DNA of 32,000 bases from Rubeoparvulum massiliense (lineage in GTDB: Bacteria > Bacillota > Bacilli > Rubeoparvulales > Rubeoparvulaceae), in NCBI RefSeq assembly GCF_001049895.1, contig NZ_CVPE01000006.1, forward strand, positions 672,503-704,502. Reading direction: 5' to 3'. A program made the position numbers and the translations under genes. Positions 16,865 to 24,399 of this stretch are shown here, in pieces. Below the pieces are notes generated by a model, which searched no databases, was not told the origin of the DNA, and saw only the letters and a program-made list of their open reading frames with translations. How positions within the stretch are numbered: the stretch's first letter is position 1; the number at the start of each line of letters is the position of its first letter.

Positions 16865-17734
16865 TTCACGTATACGTTTCCGTAGTAAATAGCGAATAAA
16901 GATCCCTTGGTTCGGTGAAAAACAAAAGCTGAAGATGAAGAGAAGAGCAGCAGATACGCTCATCATTCCTGCGATGCTCACATCAAACAAAGCAGCTAAC
17001 CAATAACCTGAGACTGCAGATAATACACCGAAGAACACACTCAATACGAGCATCCTATGAAAACGATTGGTCCATAGGTAGGCGATGGCCCCAGGAACAA
17101 TCAACATAGCAACGACGAGGATCGCCCCTACACTCTCAAAGGCAGCCACCGTATTGAGGGAGACTAAACCCATGGCTAGATAATGAAAGAAAAGTACGGG
17201 AATCCCTAGAGAACTTGCCAGTAATGGATCGAATGAGGTGATCTTCAACTCCTTATAAAATAGGAAGATTAGAAATAGGGTAATGAGAAACACGCTTCCC
17301 ATGACCCAAACCGCCTTCGGTAATGTAATCCCTCCTAAAGTGATAAGATAGTAAGGTTCATAGGCAATCTCGCCATAGAGAACATGCTGTAAATCAAGAT
17401 GAACACTATCGGCAAAGAGCGATAGCAGAACCACTCCCATGGCAAAGAGAGCTGTAAAGCTAATTCCAATAGCCGCTTCCGTTTGGATCCCGAGATGCTC
17501 CATCCCTTGAATAAAGATGGTTGCAAGCAAGCCAAATACTGCTGCTCCCAACACCATCACTGGTGTAGACATGCTATTACTAAAGAGAAAGGCGATGACA
17601 ATCCCTGGTAAGACCGCATGGCTGATGGCATCACCAACCATGGAGAGCTTCCGCAAGACCATCAGACTCCCGATCAATCCACAGGAGCCGGCTACGAGAG
17701 AACCAATCAAAATCACCCAAAGATCATGACTCAA
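16853..17734 (-). CDS. Metal ABC transporter permease (ABC-3 family)
   Basis: 293 aa, polytopic. GDAISHAVLPGI is the ABC-3 (MntD/ZnuB/TroD) signature. It overlaps the upstream permease gene by 11 nt. Confidence 0.9.
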   Translation of the reverse strand: MSHDLWVILIGSLVAGSCGLIGSLMVLRKLSMVGDAISHAVLPGIVIAFLFSNSMSTPVMVLGAAVFGLLATIFIQGMEHLGIQTEAAIGISFTALFAMGVVLLSLFADSVHLDLQHVLYGEIAYEPYYLITLGGITLPKAVWVMGSVFLITLFLIFLFYKELKITSFDPLLASSLGIPVLFFHYLAMGLVSLNTVAAFESVGAILVVAMLIVPGAIAYLWTNRFHRMLVLSVFFGVLSAVSGYWLAALFDVSIAGMMSVSAALLFIFSFCFSPNQGIFIRYLLRKRIRESAN

Positions 17735-18668
17735 TCATCCTCGCCTCCTTCCTTTCCATCCGTTCTTCCACATAGGCCTGCTTAATCCGTAGTTTACGTA
17801 GCTTTTCCATCAAGAGGCCTCGTTGTGGGGCGAAGAGCAGACTGATGACAAAAATACCGACTGCCATTAATACAATCACAGGCCCCGTGGGCATCCGTGG
17901 TGTCAATGCACTTAGAAAAGTACCCAATAAACCAGAGAGACCACCAAAAAGTCCAGCTAAGATGACCATCACATCCAAACGTTCTGTCCAGTAACGAGCG
18001 GCCACAGCAGGAATGATGAGAAGAGCTGACATGAGGACCACCCCTACAGCTTGAAGGCCAATCACCACCGTCAAAACGATGAGCCACATCATCATCTGCT
18101 CAATCAAGACCACAGGATAGCCTAATCCGGTGGCAAACTCTCGATCAAAGCTAATCACCTTCAGTTCTTTAAAGAAAAGAAATGTAAGGGTGATGACAAA
18201 GAGAGCGATACTACCCATCCACATCACATCCTCTTTAACCAAGGATGCCGCCTTACCAAAGAGAAATGCATCTAAACCGCTCTGATTTCCTGATCCAGAG
18301 TGAGCCACCCGTGTTAAGAGCACAATTCCCAAGCCATAAAAGGAGGTCAACACAATCCCTAGAGCTGCATCTTGCTTAATCCGTGAGTATTTCGTGATGA
18401 TTGTAATACAAGTTGAGCTTAACCATGCAGCAACAGCAGCGCCTAGCAAGAGCCATCCTAAGCTCTTACTCCCAGTTAGCATAAAGGCGATGACGATCCC
18501 AGGCAGTGTGGCATGGGCCATCACATCACCGATTAATGAATAACGTCGGAGATAAGCAAAGCTTCCCATTACGCCACTGCTAATTCCAAGCAAGAGACAA
18601 GCCATCATCACCCATTGAAAATTGGGCTGTTGAATCAAGTGAATCCATGTGTCCCACATCCTGCTCAC
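17724..18668 (-). CDS. Metal ABC transporter permease (ABC-3 family)
   Basis: 314 aa, polytopic, with the GDVMAHATLPGI signature. A 4-nt overlap with the ATPase gene suggests translational coupling. Confidence 0.9.
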   Translation of the reverse strand: MSRMWDTWIHLIQQPNFQWVMMACLLLGISSGVMGSFAYLRRYSLIGDVMAHATLPGIVIAFMLTGSKSLGWLLLGAAVAAWLSSTCITIITKYSRIKQDAALGIVLTSFYGLGIVLLTRVAHSGSGNQSGLDAFLFGKAASLVKEDVMWMGSIALFVITLTFLFFKELKVISFDREFATGLGYPVVLIEQMMMWLIVLTVVIGLQAVGVVLMSALLIIPAVAARYWTERLDVMVILAGLFGGLSGLLGTFLSALTPRMPTGPVIVLMAVGIFVISLLFAPQRGLLMEKLRKLRIKQAYVEERMERKEARMIES

Positions 18669-19435
18669 CTCCCCTGTAAGATGGCCATTTCGCCCATCTC
18701 ACTTAGCTGAGTAAGACGTCCTCCATAGGTATGCTGCAAGCGGTCCATCGTAAAGACTTCTTCTGTTGGACCAATGGCAATAAGGCACTTATTCAAGAGT
18801 ATAACCCAATCAAAATAATCCTGAACCGTTTGGAGATCATGATGGACCACAATCACCGTCTTACCCTCTTGTTTTAAATGAGTTAACAAAGTAATAATGG
18901 CCTTCTCGGTAGCTGCATCCACGCCGACAAATGGTTCATCCATAAAGTAGAGCTGCGCATTCTGTGCCAAAGCCCGTGCTAAAAAGACCCGTTGTTGTTG
19001 CCCACCTGATAGCTGACTGATTTGCCGATTGGCAAACGGCGCCATCCCAACTTTCTCTAGCATCGCATAGGCCAGCGCCTTGTCTTCCTTCTTGACACGG
19101 CGCATCATCCCGATCTGACCGTAGCGCCCCATCACCACCACATCTAGTGCTGTGGTAGGAAAATCCCAATCCACCGAACCTCGTTGCGGGACATATCCCA
19201 CCAGCTTCCGTTGCTGACGCAATGGTTTACCAGCGATCTTCACCTCACCTGAAAGCGTAGGAATAAACTCTAAAATTCCTTTAATCAAGGTGGACTTTCC
19301 TGCACCATTGGGTCCTATAATACCTACCAATTTACCTGGAGGAATCTGAAAGCTCACCTCCTCCACCACCCGCTGTTTATGATAAGCAATGCTCATATCC
19401 AGCACGTCCAAGATCGGTTCCTTGCTTGATTCCAT
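18665..19435 (-). CDS. Metal ABC transporter ATP-binding protein
   Basis: Walker A GPNGAGKST, signature LSGGQQQR, Walker B LYFMDEP, H-loop VVHHD. AAGGAGAGGTG SD. Confidence 0.93.
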   Translation of the reverse strand: MESSKEPILDVLDMSIAYHKQRVVEEVSFQIPPGKLVGIIGPNGAGKSTLIKGILEFIPTLSGEVKIAGKPLRQQRKLVGYVPQRGSVDWDFPTTALDVVVMGRYGQIGMMRRVKKEDKALAYAMLEKVGMAPFANRQISQLSGGQQQRVFLARALAQNAQLYFMDEPFVGVDAATEKAIITLLTHLKQEGKTVIVVHHDLQTVQDYFDWVILLNKCLIAIGPTEEVFTMDRLQHTYGGRLTQLSEMGEMAILQGR

Positions 19436-19453
19436 CTACTTCACCTCTCCTTC

Positions 19454-20407
19454 CTAACGTAATGCCTGAACAATAGTATTCACATTATGACGGAACATCC
19501 CGAGGAAGGTGCCTTCTGGTGTACCTGCTTCCCCCATGGCATCGGAGAAAAGCTCGCCTCCAATTTTCACCTCATGTCCTTGTACCTTGGCTCCTTCAAC
19601 TACTGCTTCAATGGCGGTTGGTGGGACACTCGACTCGATGAAGACCGCTTTAATCTTCCGTTCCACTAACATCTCTACAAGATTCTGAACATCCATCACA
19701 CCATACTCAGCATCGGTACTGATCCCCTGCAGACCCACTACTTCCATCCCATATGCTTCGCCAAAATACCCAAAGGCATCATGGGCGGTGACCAAGACAC
19801 GGGACTCTTCAGGAATAGTGGCAATGCTCTCTAAAGCATACTGATGTAATTCTTCGAGCTGTGTCATGTATGCCTCAGCATTCTGCTCGAAATCTGCTCG
19901 ATGCTCGGGAGCTAGCTCAATCAGTCCATCGCGAACCCGTTCAGCTGCTCTCTTCCAGAGATTAAGATCAAACCAAATATGGGGATCATAGTGACCAGCA
20001 AATGCTTCTGGCTCCATCAATTCCTCATCGCCTAAGTATTCTGAAACAGCGATGGCTGGCTTTTGACTCGCCATGCGCACAAAGATATCAGCCATCTTTC
20101 CTTCTAAATTAAGCCCGTTATAAAAAATGATTTCGGCAGCTTCCATCTTGGCAATATCCCCTTGCGATGCTTTATAAAGATGAGGGTCAACACCAGGTCC
20201 CATTAAACCACGGACCTCAACATACTCACCGCCTACCTGTTCTACCATATCTGCAATCTGCCCAATGGTGGTCACAACGATGATCTTCCCATCGCTGTCC
20301 CCAGTATTTTCCCCTCTTTGCTGAACACTGTCAGAACTACATCCTACGCTAATCAACAACATCCCAATTAATAATAATGATAGTATGGCTTGCTTACTCT
20401 TCTTCAA
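19454..20407 (-). CDS. Metal-binding lipoprotein, cluster A-I SBP (TroA/SitA/MntA-like)
   Basis: Lipobox LISVGC. Ligand-position motifs DPHLY, DPHIWFD, TAHDAFGYF, LFSDAMG. I prefer TTG 20407 (GGAGAGG 8 nt upstream) to the track GTG 20416, which overlaps the SD. Confidence 0.9.
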   Translation of the reverse strand: MKKSKQAILSLLLIGMLLISVGCSSDSVQQRGENTGDSDGKIIVVTTIGQIADMVEQVGGEYVEVRGLMGPGVDPHLYKASQGDIAKMEAAEIIFYNGLNLEGKMADIFVRMASQKPAIAVSEYLGDEELMEPEAFAGHYDPHIWFDLNLWKRAAERVRDGLIELAPEHRADFEQNAEAYMTQLEELHQYALESIATIPEESRVLVTAHDAFGYFGEAYGMEVVGLQGISTDAEYGVMDVQNLVEMLVERKIKAVFIESSVPPTAIEAVVEGAKVQGHEVKIGGELFSDAMGEAGTPEGTFLGMFRHNVNTIVQALR

Positions 20408-20553
20408 TGGACTCACCTCTCCTTAAATACATTGTTCAATAACCACGATTCATTCATACTTCTTTCACATTTGTCCGCATATGGGAATGTATCTTTCCCT
20501 CATGCAAATTTTTAATGAAAAAAAATTTAGAAATCCGCCCTTGGTTATTTAAT

Positions 20554-20582
20554 ATTGTATGATAATCATTCTCAATTTGCAA
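20554..20582 (-). promoter_or_regulatory. Promoter of the metal ABC operon with a Fur-type box filling the spacer
   Basis: The reverse strand reads TTGCAA (20577-20582)-17 nt-TACAAT (20554-20559). The spacer contains TGATAATCATTCTCA (20560-20574), one mismatch from the B. subtilis Fur 7-1-7 consensus TGATAATnATTATCA. Confidence 0.55.
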
Positions 20583-20592
20583 TAGTAAAATA

Positions 20593-20610
20593 AAGTTTCG
20601 TACAGGAAAC
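20593..20610 (-). terminator. Weak hairpin terminator after the displaced 3' end of the ABC ATPase gene
   Basis: The reverse strand reads AGTTTC-ctgtac-GAAACT followed by ttatttta, about 35 nt downstream of the reconstructed stop at 20645-20647. Confidence 0.35.
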
Positions 20611-20644
20611 TATTCAAACTATTGAACTTATTTTAACGTAGTTT

Positions 20645-20751
20645 TTACTCACCTTGAATCCACGTAAACGTTGCAAATTTCAATGCTTCATACGTCTGCA
20701 ATTCATCCACTTGGTCTGATGAATCATTCTGGATCATCACACTTCCATTAC
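20645..20751 (-). pseudogene. Displaced 3' end (35 codons plus stop) of the IS-interrupted ABC ATPase gene
   Basis: The reverse strand from 20751 reads (C)GT AAT GGA AGT GTG ATG ATC CAG ... GGT GAG TAA, giving RNGSVMIQNDSSDQVDELQTYEALKFATFTWIQGE*. It joins in frame to ...LLADVKYEV at 22436 once 20752-22435 is removed. Confidence 0.65.
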
Positions 20752-20941
20752 CGATTTTCCGAACGTGAAAGCCCACTATTGTGCGATAGCACACCCTTTA
20801 GGGGTGGGATGAAAGTGAGGTTGGATACGGAATATCACAGGAAACCGTATGTTAGTGGTACTGCAAGTATCCAAAACGTAACCTCACTTTTTTTCATATC
20901 TCATTGCTGTAGTTTTATTAATCAACCGATACAATGTGCAT

Positions 20942-21195
20942 ATGAACGAATACAGACGAACAAACACAACCGTATCATTAAATAAGTATCATTTCGTTTT
21001 TTTGCCCTCGATATAGAAGGAAAATATTCCTTCGTGCTGATGTAGAGAAACGCTTCAAACAGTTGGTACAAGAAATATGTGAAGAATTAGAAGCTGTCAT
21101 TGTTGCTTTAGAGTGTGATAAAGACCATACACATATGTTTCTAAATGCACTGCCAACACTTAGTCCTGCTGGTATAATGGCAAAAAACAAGGGGG
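20942..21195 (+). pseudogene. tnpA: IS200-type Y1 (HUH) transposase TnpA, frameshifted and 3'-truncated
   Basis: MNEYRRTNTTVSLNKYHFVF runs into a stop after the T7 run 20997-21003. The -1 frame continues (C)PRYRRKIFLRADVEKRFKQLVQEICEELEAVIVALECDKDHTHMFLNALPTLSPAGIMAKNKGG, which includes the H-x-H motif. It ends at the tnpB SD, so the C-terminal region with the catalytic Tyr is absent. Confidence 0.8.
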
Positions 21196-21204
21196 GTGAA
21201 ACGT

Positions 21205-22281
21205 ATGTCACAAACAATCACAGTGAAAGTCAAATTGCTTCCAACAAAAGAACAAACCTCTATCTTAACCGCTATGGGCAAAGAATATATCTCTACAATG
21301 AACACACTTGTTTCTGAAATGGTCGCTGAAAAGAAAAGCACGAAAAAGACGACAAAAGATGTCCCTGCACATCTTCCAAGTGCAGTGAAAAACCAAGCAA
21401 TTCAAGATGCAAAAAGCGTGTTTCAAAAAGTGAAGAAAAGTAAATACACGATGATTCCTATCCTCAAGAAACCTGTTTGCGTATGGAATAACCAAAACTA
21501 TTCATTGGACTCCTCTTATATCAATCTACCTTTGATGATGGATGGAAAAGCAAAGAAAGTGCCTATTCGTGCATTGTTGGTGGATAAACATAACCGTACT
21601 TTCGATTTGTTGAAGCACCAATTAGGTACACTTCGTATCACAAAAAAATCAAACAAATGGATTGCACAAATTTCCGTCACCATTCCTAGAAGTGAAGAAA
21701 CAGGAACAAAGACAATGGGCGTAGATTTAGGTTTGAAAGTCCCTGCGGTTGCGGTAACAGAGGATGAAAAGGTCCGTTTCTTTGGGAATGGCAGACAGAA
21801 CAAGTATGTCCGACGTATGTTCAAATCCAAACGCAAGAAATTAGGGAAACTAAAGAAATTAAACGCCATTCGCAATCTCGATGATAAAGAACAACGATAT
21901 ATGAAAGACCAAGACCACAAGGTTAGCCGTGCAATCATCAATTTTGCTAAAGAAAATAAGATTTCTGTCATTCGCTTAGAACAATTAGCGAACATCCGAC
22001 AGACGGCAAGAACAAGCCGTAAAAACGAAAAGAATTTGCACAACTGGTCATTCTATCGCTTGTCTCAATTTATTGAATACAAAGCGAATTTAGCGGGTAT
22101 TAAAGTGGAGTATGTGAATCCTGCCTACACAAGTCAAACATGTCCAAAGTGTTCCGCTAAAAATAAGGCACAGGACCGGAAATATACATGCGAATGTGGC
22201 TTCCAGAAACATAGGGATTTAGTCGGTGCGATGAATATTCGATACGCACCTGTGATTGATGGTCATAGTCAATCAGCCTAA
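21205..22281 (+). CDS. tnpB: TnpB (IS605 OrfB family RNA-guided RuvC nuclease)
   Basis: 358 aa from ATG 21205 (GGGGGGTG SD). The N-terminus TITVKVKLLPTKEQ is typical. The RuvC triad candidates are GVDLG (D), IRLEQL (E) and HRDLVGAMNI (D). Zn finger CPKCSAK...CECG. Confidence 0.93.
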   Translation: MSQTITVKVKLLPTKEQTSILTAMGKEYISTMNTLVSEMVAEKKSTKKTTKDVPAHLPSAVKNQAIQDAKSVFQKVKKSKYTMIPILKKPVCVWNNQNYSLDSSYINLPLMMDGKAKKVPIRALLVDKHNRTFDLLKHQLGTLRITKKSNKWIAQISVTIPRSEETGTKTMGVDLGLKVPAVAVTEDEKVRFFGNGRQNKYVRRMFKSKRKKLGKLKKLNAIRNLDDKEQRYMKDQDHKVSRAIINFAKENKISVIRLEQLANIRQTARTSRKNEKNLHNWSFYRLSQFIEYKANLAGIKVEYVNPAYTSQTCPKCSAKNKAQDRKYTCECGFQKHRDLVGAMNIRYAPVIDGHSQSA

Positions 22282-22451
22282 GATGCTAGATGCACTGTCT
22301 TAGGAGGGGCAATGAGATGCCCTCATCTTGCAGGCTGTTCAAAACAGAAATGGACTGCGAACGCTTAGTCATGCAAGAATCCCACCCGGATACCGTAAGG
22401 TAGAGGGCTTGCGTCTTTAGACGTGGGAGTCTCAAGGACCTCATACTTCAC
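22282..22451 (+). ncRNA. Predicted omega-RNA (reRNA) scaffold 3' part plus 16-nt guide
   Basis: By analogy with characterised TnpB elements, the guide RNA spans the tnpB 3' end and RE and reads into the flank. Structured segments are seen: GAGGGGCA-atgaga-TGCCCTC (22304-22324) and the RE fold 22381-22427. The guide would be GGACCTCATACTTCAC (22436-22451). The 5' boundary, probably inside tnpB, was not determined. Confidence 0.4.
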
Positions 22452-23045
22452 ATCAGCTAGCAATTGAATATCGTCCTTATTATGACTCGCAATGAGAATG
22501 GTCGCTCCTCGCTTCCGTTCCTCTCTTAAAATTGTTCTTACAAGCTGAAGACCCTCTTCATCCAATGCATTGGTAGGCTCATCGAGCACTAATAAGTCAG
22601 GAGCTTCCATCACTGCTTGAGCAATGGCAAGTCGTTGCTTCATACCTAGCGAGTATTTTTTTACAGGACGACGATCTTCTGGCTCCAAACCAACTCGGCG
22701 AATCGCTGCCTTAATCTCTTCCAAGCTAATCTTTTGCTGAATTGATGCAAGAATCTTCAGATTTTCTAGCCCTGTATACTCCTCCCAGAATGCTGGGTTT
22801 TCAATAATCACCCCAATGCTTTCTGGAAAGGAAATATCATGGTATAGTTGCTTTCCATTGAATAGAATCGTGCCACTGCTTGGCTTAATTAAGCCGCTGA
22901 TCGCACGAAATAACATGGTCTTCCCTAATCCGTTCCGACCAAAGAATCCATAGATAGTTGCACGCTCCAATGTTAGATTAATATCTTGGAGAATAGGCTG
23001 TTTCTTAATCACTTTACTAACTTCGATTAACTGTACTACACTCAT
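22365..23045 (-). CDS. ABC transporter ATP-binding protein (BcrA/LanF-like), 3' end replaced by IS right-end sequence
   Basis: Walker A GRNGLGKT, signature YSLGMKQRL, Walker B LLVLDEP, H-loop IASHN. The last 23 codons (LETPTSKDASPLPYGIRVGFLHD*) are encoded by the reverse complement of the IS RE structure (22365-22435). They are therefore not native. Confidence 0.85.
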   Translation of the reverse strand: MSVVQLIEVSKVIKKQPILQDINLTLERATIYGFFGRNGLGKTMLFRAISGLIKPSSGTILFNGKQLYHDISFPESIGVIIENPAFWEEYTGLENLKILASIQQKISLEEIKAAIRRVGLEPEDRRPVKKYSLGMKQRLAIAQAVMEAPDLLVLDEPTNALDEEGLQLVRTILREERKRGATILIASHNKDDIQLLADVKYEVLETPTSKDASPLPYGIRVGFLHD

Positions 23046-23059
23046 TGAAAATCACCTCC

Positions 23060-23677
23060 TCAGATCAGATCCATTTGATTGAAACGCCTGTTTCCTATGA
23101 AGACGATAATAAGTAACCCAATGAGCAAAAAGCTTAGTGAATCGATGAGATGGAATCCGACAATATGATAGTTCAACTCCAAGACCATGGGAGTAAGAGC
23201 AATCGGATCATGCCATGCATACAAGGTATGTACAAAGGGGAGCCAAAGTAACAATCCTTCCAGCATCGGAAGCCATTCAATCAACAGTCCCGCCAATAAT
23301 ACTGAACATAGCTGGAAAACTGTCACAATGACGAACCCATGAAATAGATCCATGAATAGTGAAAGTACATACATACCCCATAAGAGAAGAGTCAACATCA
23401 ATACCTGGAAGAAATAGATCCATAGAATCACCACGATACTATTTCCATCTTCCACAGGTGCCCAGCCCATCATCAAGCCCCCAAAAATTACAACAATCCA
23501 TTGAATCCCAAGATAGATGGACACATGGAGCAATCCCTGCCTTAAATGGCGATATCTTGTACATCGCCAGCATACATATACATATTGGTGAAGTACCAGC
23601 TGTTGAACAGGGCAAAGAGTATGGCGCCAATGATAAGAGGTCATATTTTTTTCAACCGATTCTCCATGATTATTCAC
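23060..23677 (-). CDS. Polytopic membrane protein, probable ABC-2-type permease component (possibly degraded at the 5' end)
   Basis: The C-terminal ~160 aa are strongly hydrophobic with several TM helices. The stop lies 14 nt before the ATPase start, which has a GAGGAGGTG SD. The first ~45 codons are Cys/His/Arg-rich and atypical, and an alternative frame reads as a clean TM helix (see finding). Confidence 0.5.
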   Translation of the reverse strand: MNNHGESVEKNMTSYHWRHTLCPVQQLVLHQYVYVCWRCTRYRHLRQGLLHVSIYLGIQWIVVIFGGLMMGWAPVEDGNSIVVILWIYFFQVLMLTLLLWGMYVLSLFMDLFHGFVIVTVFQLCSVLLAGLLIEWLPMLEGLLLWLPFVHTLYAWHDPIALTPMVLELNYHIVGFHLIDSLSFLLIGLLIIVFIGNRRFNQMDLI

Positions 23678-24050
23678 CCCAGCGAATATCCATTGCTCTG
23701 AAATATCTTTTCCCCAGCCACCATAGAAGCATGATCAATATTAGTAGAAAGATCAAAATTGCCACGGATTGAAGTTGTAGCATCATCAGATGGTATATTA
23801 GAACCAGTAAAAAACAGCCTAATAATTGAGATAACCATCCTTGCAACATGAATAGAAGGAAGAAAAGATCGATCTCCTTCCCATAACCAGTGAAGATAAT
23901 GAGCAGCAGTACAAGGAGATGAAAAGAAAGAGTGAGCGTAACAAGATAGAAGCCTGAACCTCTTAGTTGAAAGCTCCATAGTTGCTCGGGTGTCATGCGT
24001 ACAACAATCTGAATCCGATTGGCCATCCGCGTAAGCTTACTTATATTCAA
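23670..24050 (-). CDS. Hydrophobic membrane ORF (126 aa), possible permease fragment
   Basis: TM-rich (FYLVTLTLSFHLLVLLLIIF; LLGCFLLVLIYHLMML; VAILIFLLILIMLLWWL). No convincing SD. It overlaps both neighbours (8 and 14 nt). Confidence 0.4.
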   Translation of the reverse strand: MNISKLTRMANRIQIVVRMTPEQLWSFQLRGSGFYLVTLTLSFHLLVLLLIIFTGYGKEIDLFFLLFMLQGWLSQLLGCFLLVLIYHLMMLQLQSVAILIFLLILIMLLWWLGKRYFRAMDIRWGE

Positions 24051-24399
24051 GATGACTAAGGGGGTTATAAAAAATAGAAAAAGCGGATATAGAATGATCC
24101 TTATAGACAGACGACAGACCCCTCCACTTTATGAATAAAAGACTACTTAATAACAAAAATACAAGCCAAGCGCCCAGCACCCAAATGCTACCTGTATTTC
24201 CCATCAATAAATTGGTTAACTTATGGCGAAATCCTCCGAGGACATCCAATGCAATATCCACTACCAAATATCCAAGAAAAACACCACCCAAGAGGATAAA
24301 ACGTCCCTGATTGAATACGAAGTAGAGAGAATAGATAAACAGTGCTAAGAGTGCCCCAGTGATAGCGATTAAGAAAGAATAGATCAACTGGTAGAGCAA
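24037..24399 (-). CDS. Hydrophobic membrane ORF (120 aa), possible permease fragment
   Basis: TM-rich (LIYSFLIAITGALLALFIYSLYFVF; ILLGGVFLGYLVVDIAL; IWVLGAWLVFLLLSSLLF). TTG start without an SD. It overlaps the upstream 40-aa ORF by 16 nt in another frame. Confidence 0.4.
   Translation of the reverse strand: MLYQLIYSFLIAITGALLALFIYSLYFVFNQGRFILLGGVFLGYLVVDIALDVLGGFRHKLTNLLMGNTGSIWVLGAWLVFLLLSSLLFIKWRGLSSVYKDHSISAFSIFYNPLSHLEYK

Larger units (their letters stand above)
20752..22435 (+). mobile_element. IS200/IS605-family insertion sequence (decayed tnpA + intact tnpB), 1684 bp by my boundaries
   Basis: Contains tnpA remnant and tnpB genes. The left flank ends in TTAC (20748-20751), 20 nt before the LE structure. 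The right end is ...GTCTCAA (TCAA at 22432-22435), 8 nt after the RE structure. Both ends share a CCCAC-hairpin-hairpin-GTGGG fold. Excision restores the host ORF. Confidence 0.8.

Noticed and set aside
20671-20985. 104-aa + strand ORF upstream of tnpA.
   Set aside because: It runs antisense across the displaced 3' end of the ABC ATPase gene and then through the structured IS left end and into tnpA. It has no SD and a low-complexity, unprotein-like sequence.
21063-21317. 84-aa + strand ORF overlapping the tnpB start.
   Set aside because: Its first part is simply the C-terminal portion of the decayed tnpA frame (VQEICEELEAVIVALECDKDHTHMF...). It then reads out of frame through the beginning of tnpB, so it is not an independent gene.
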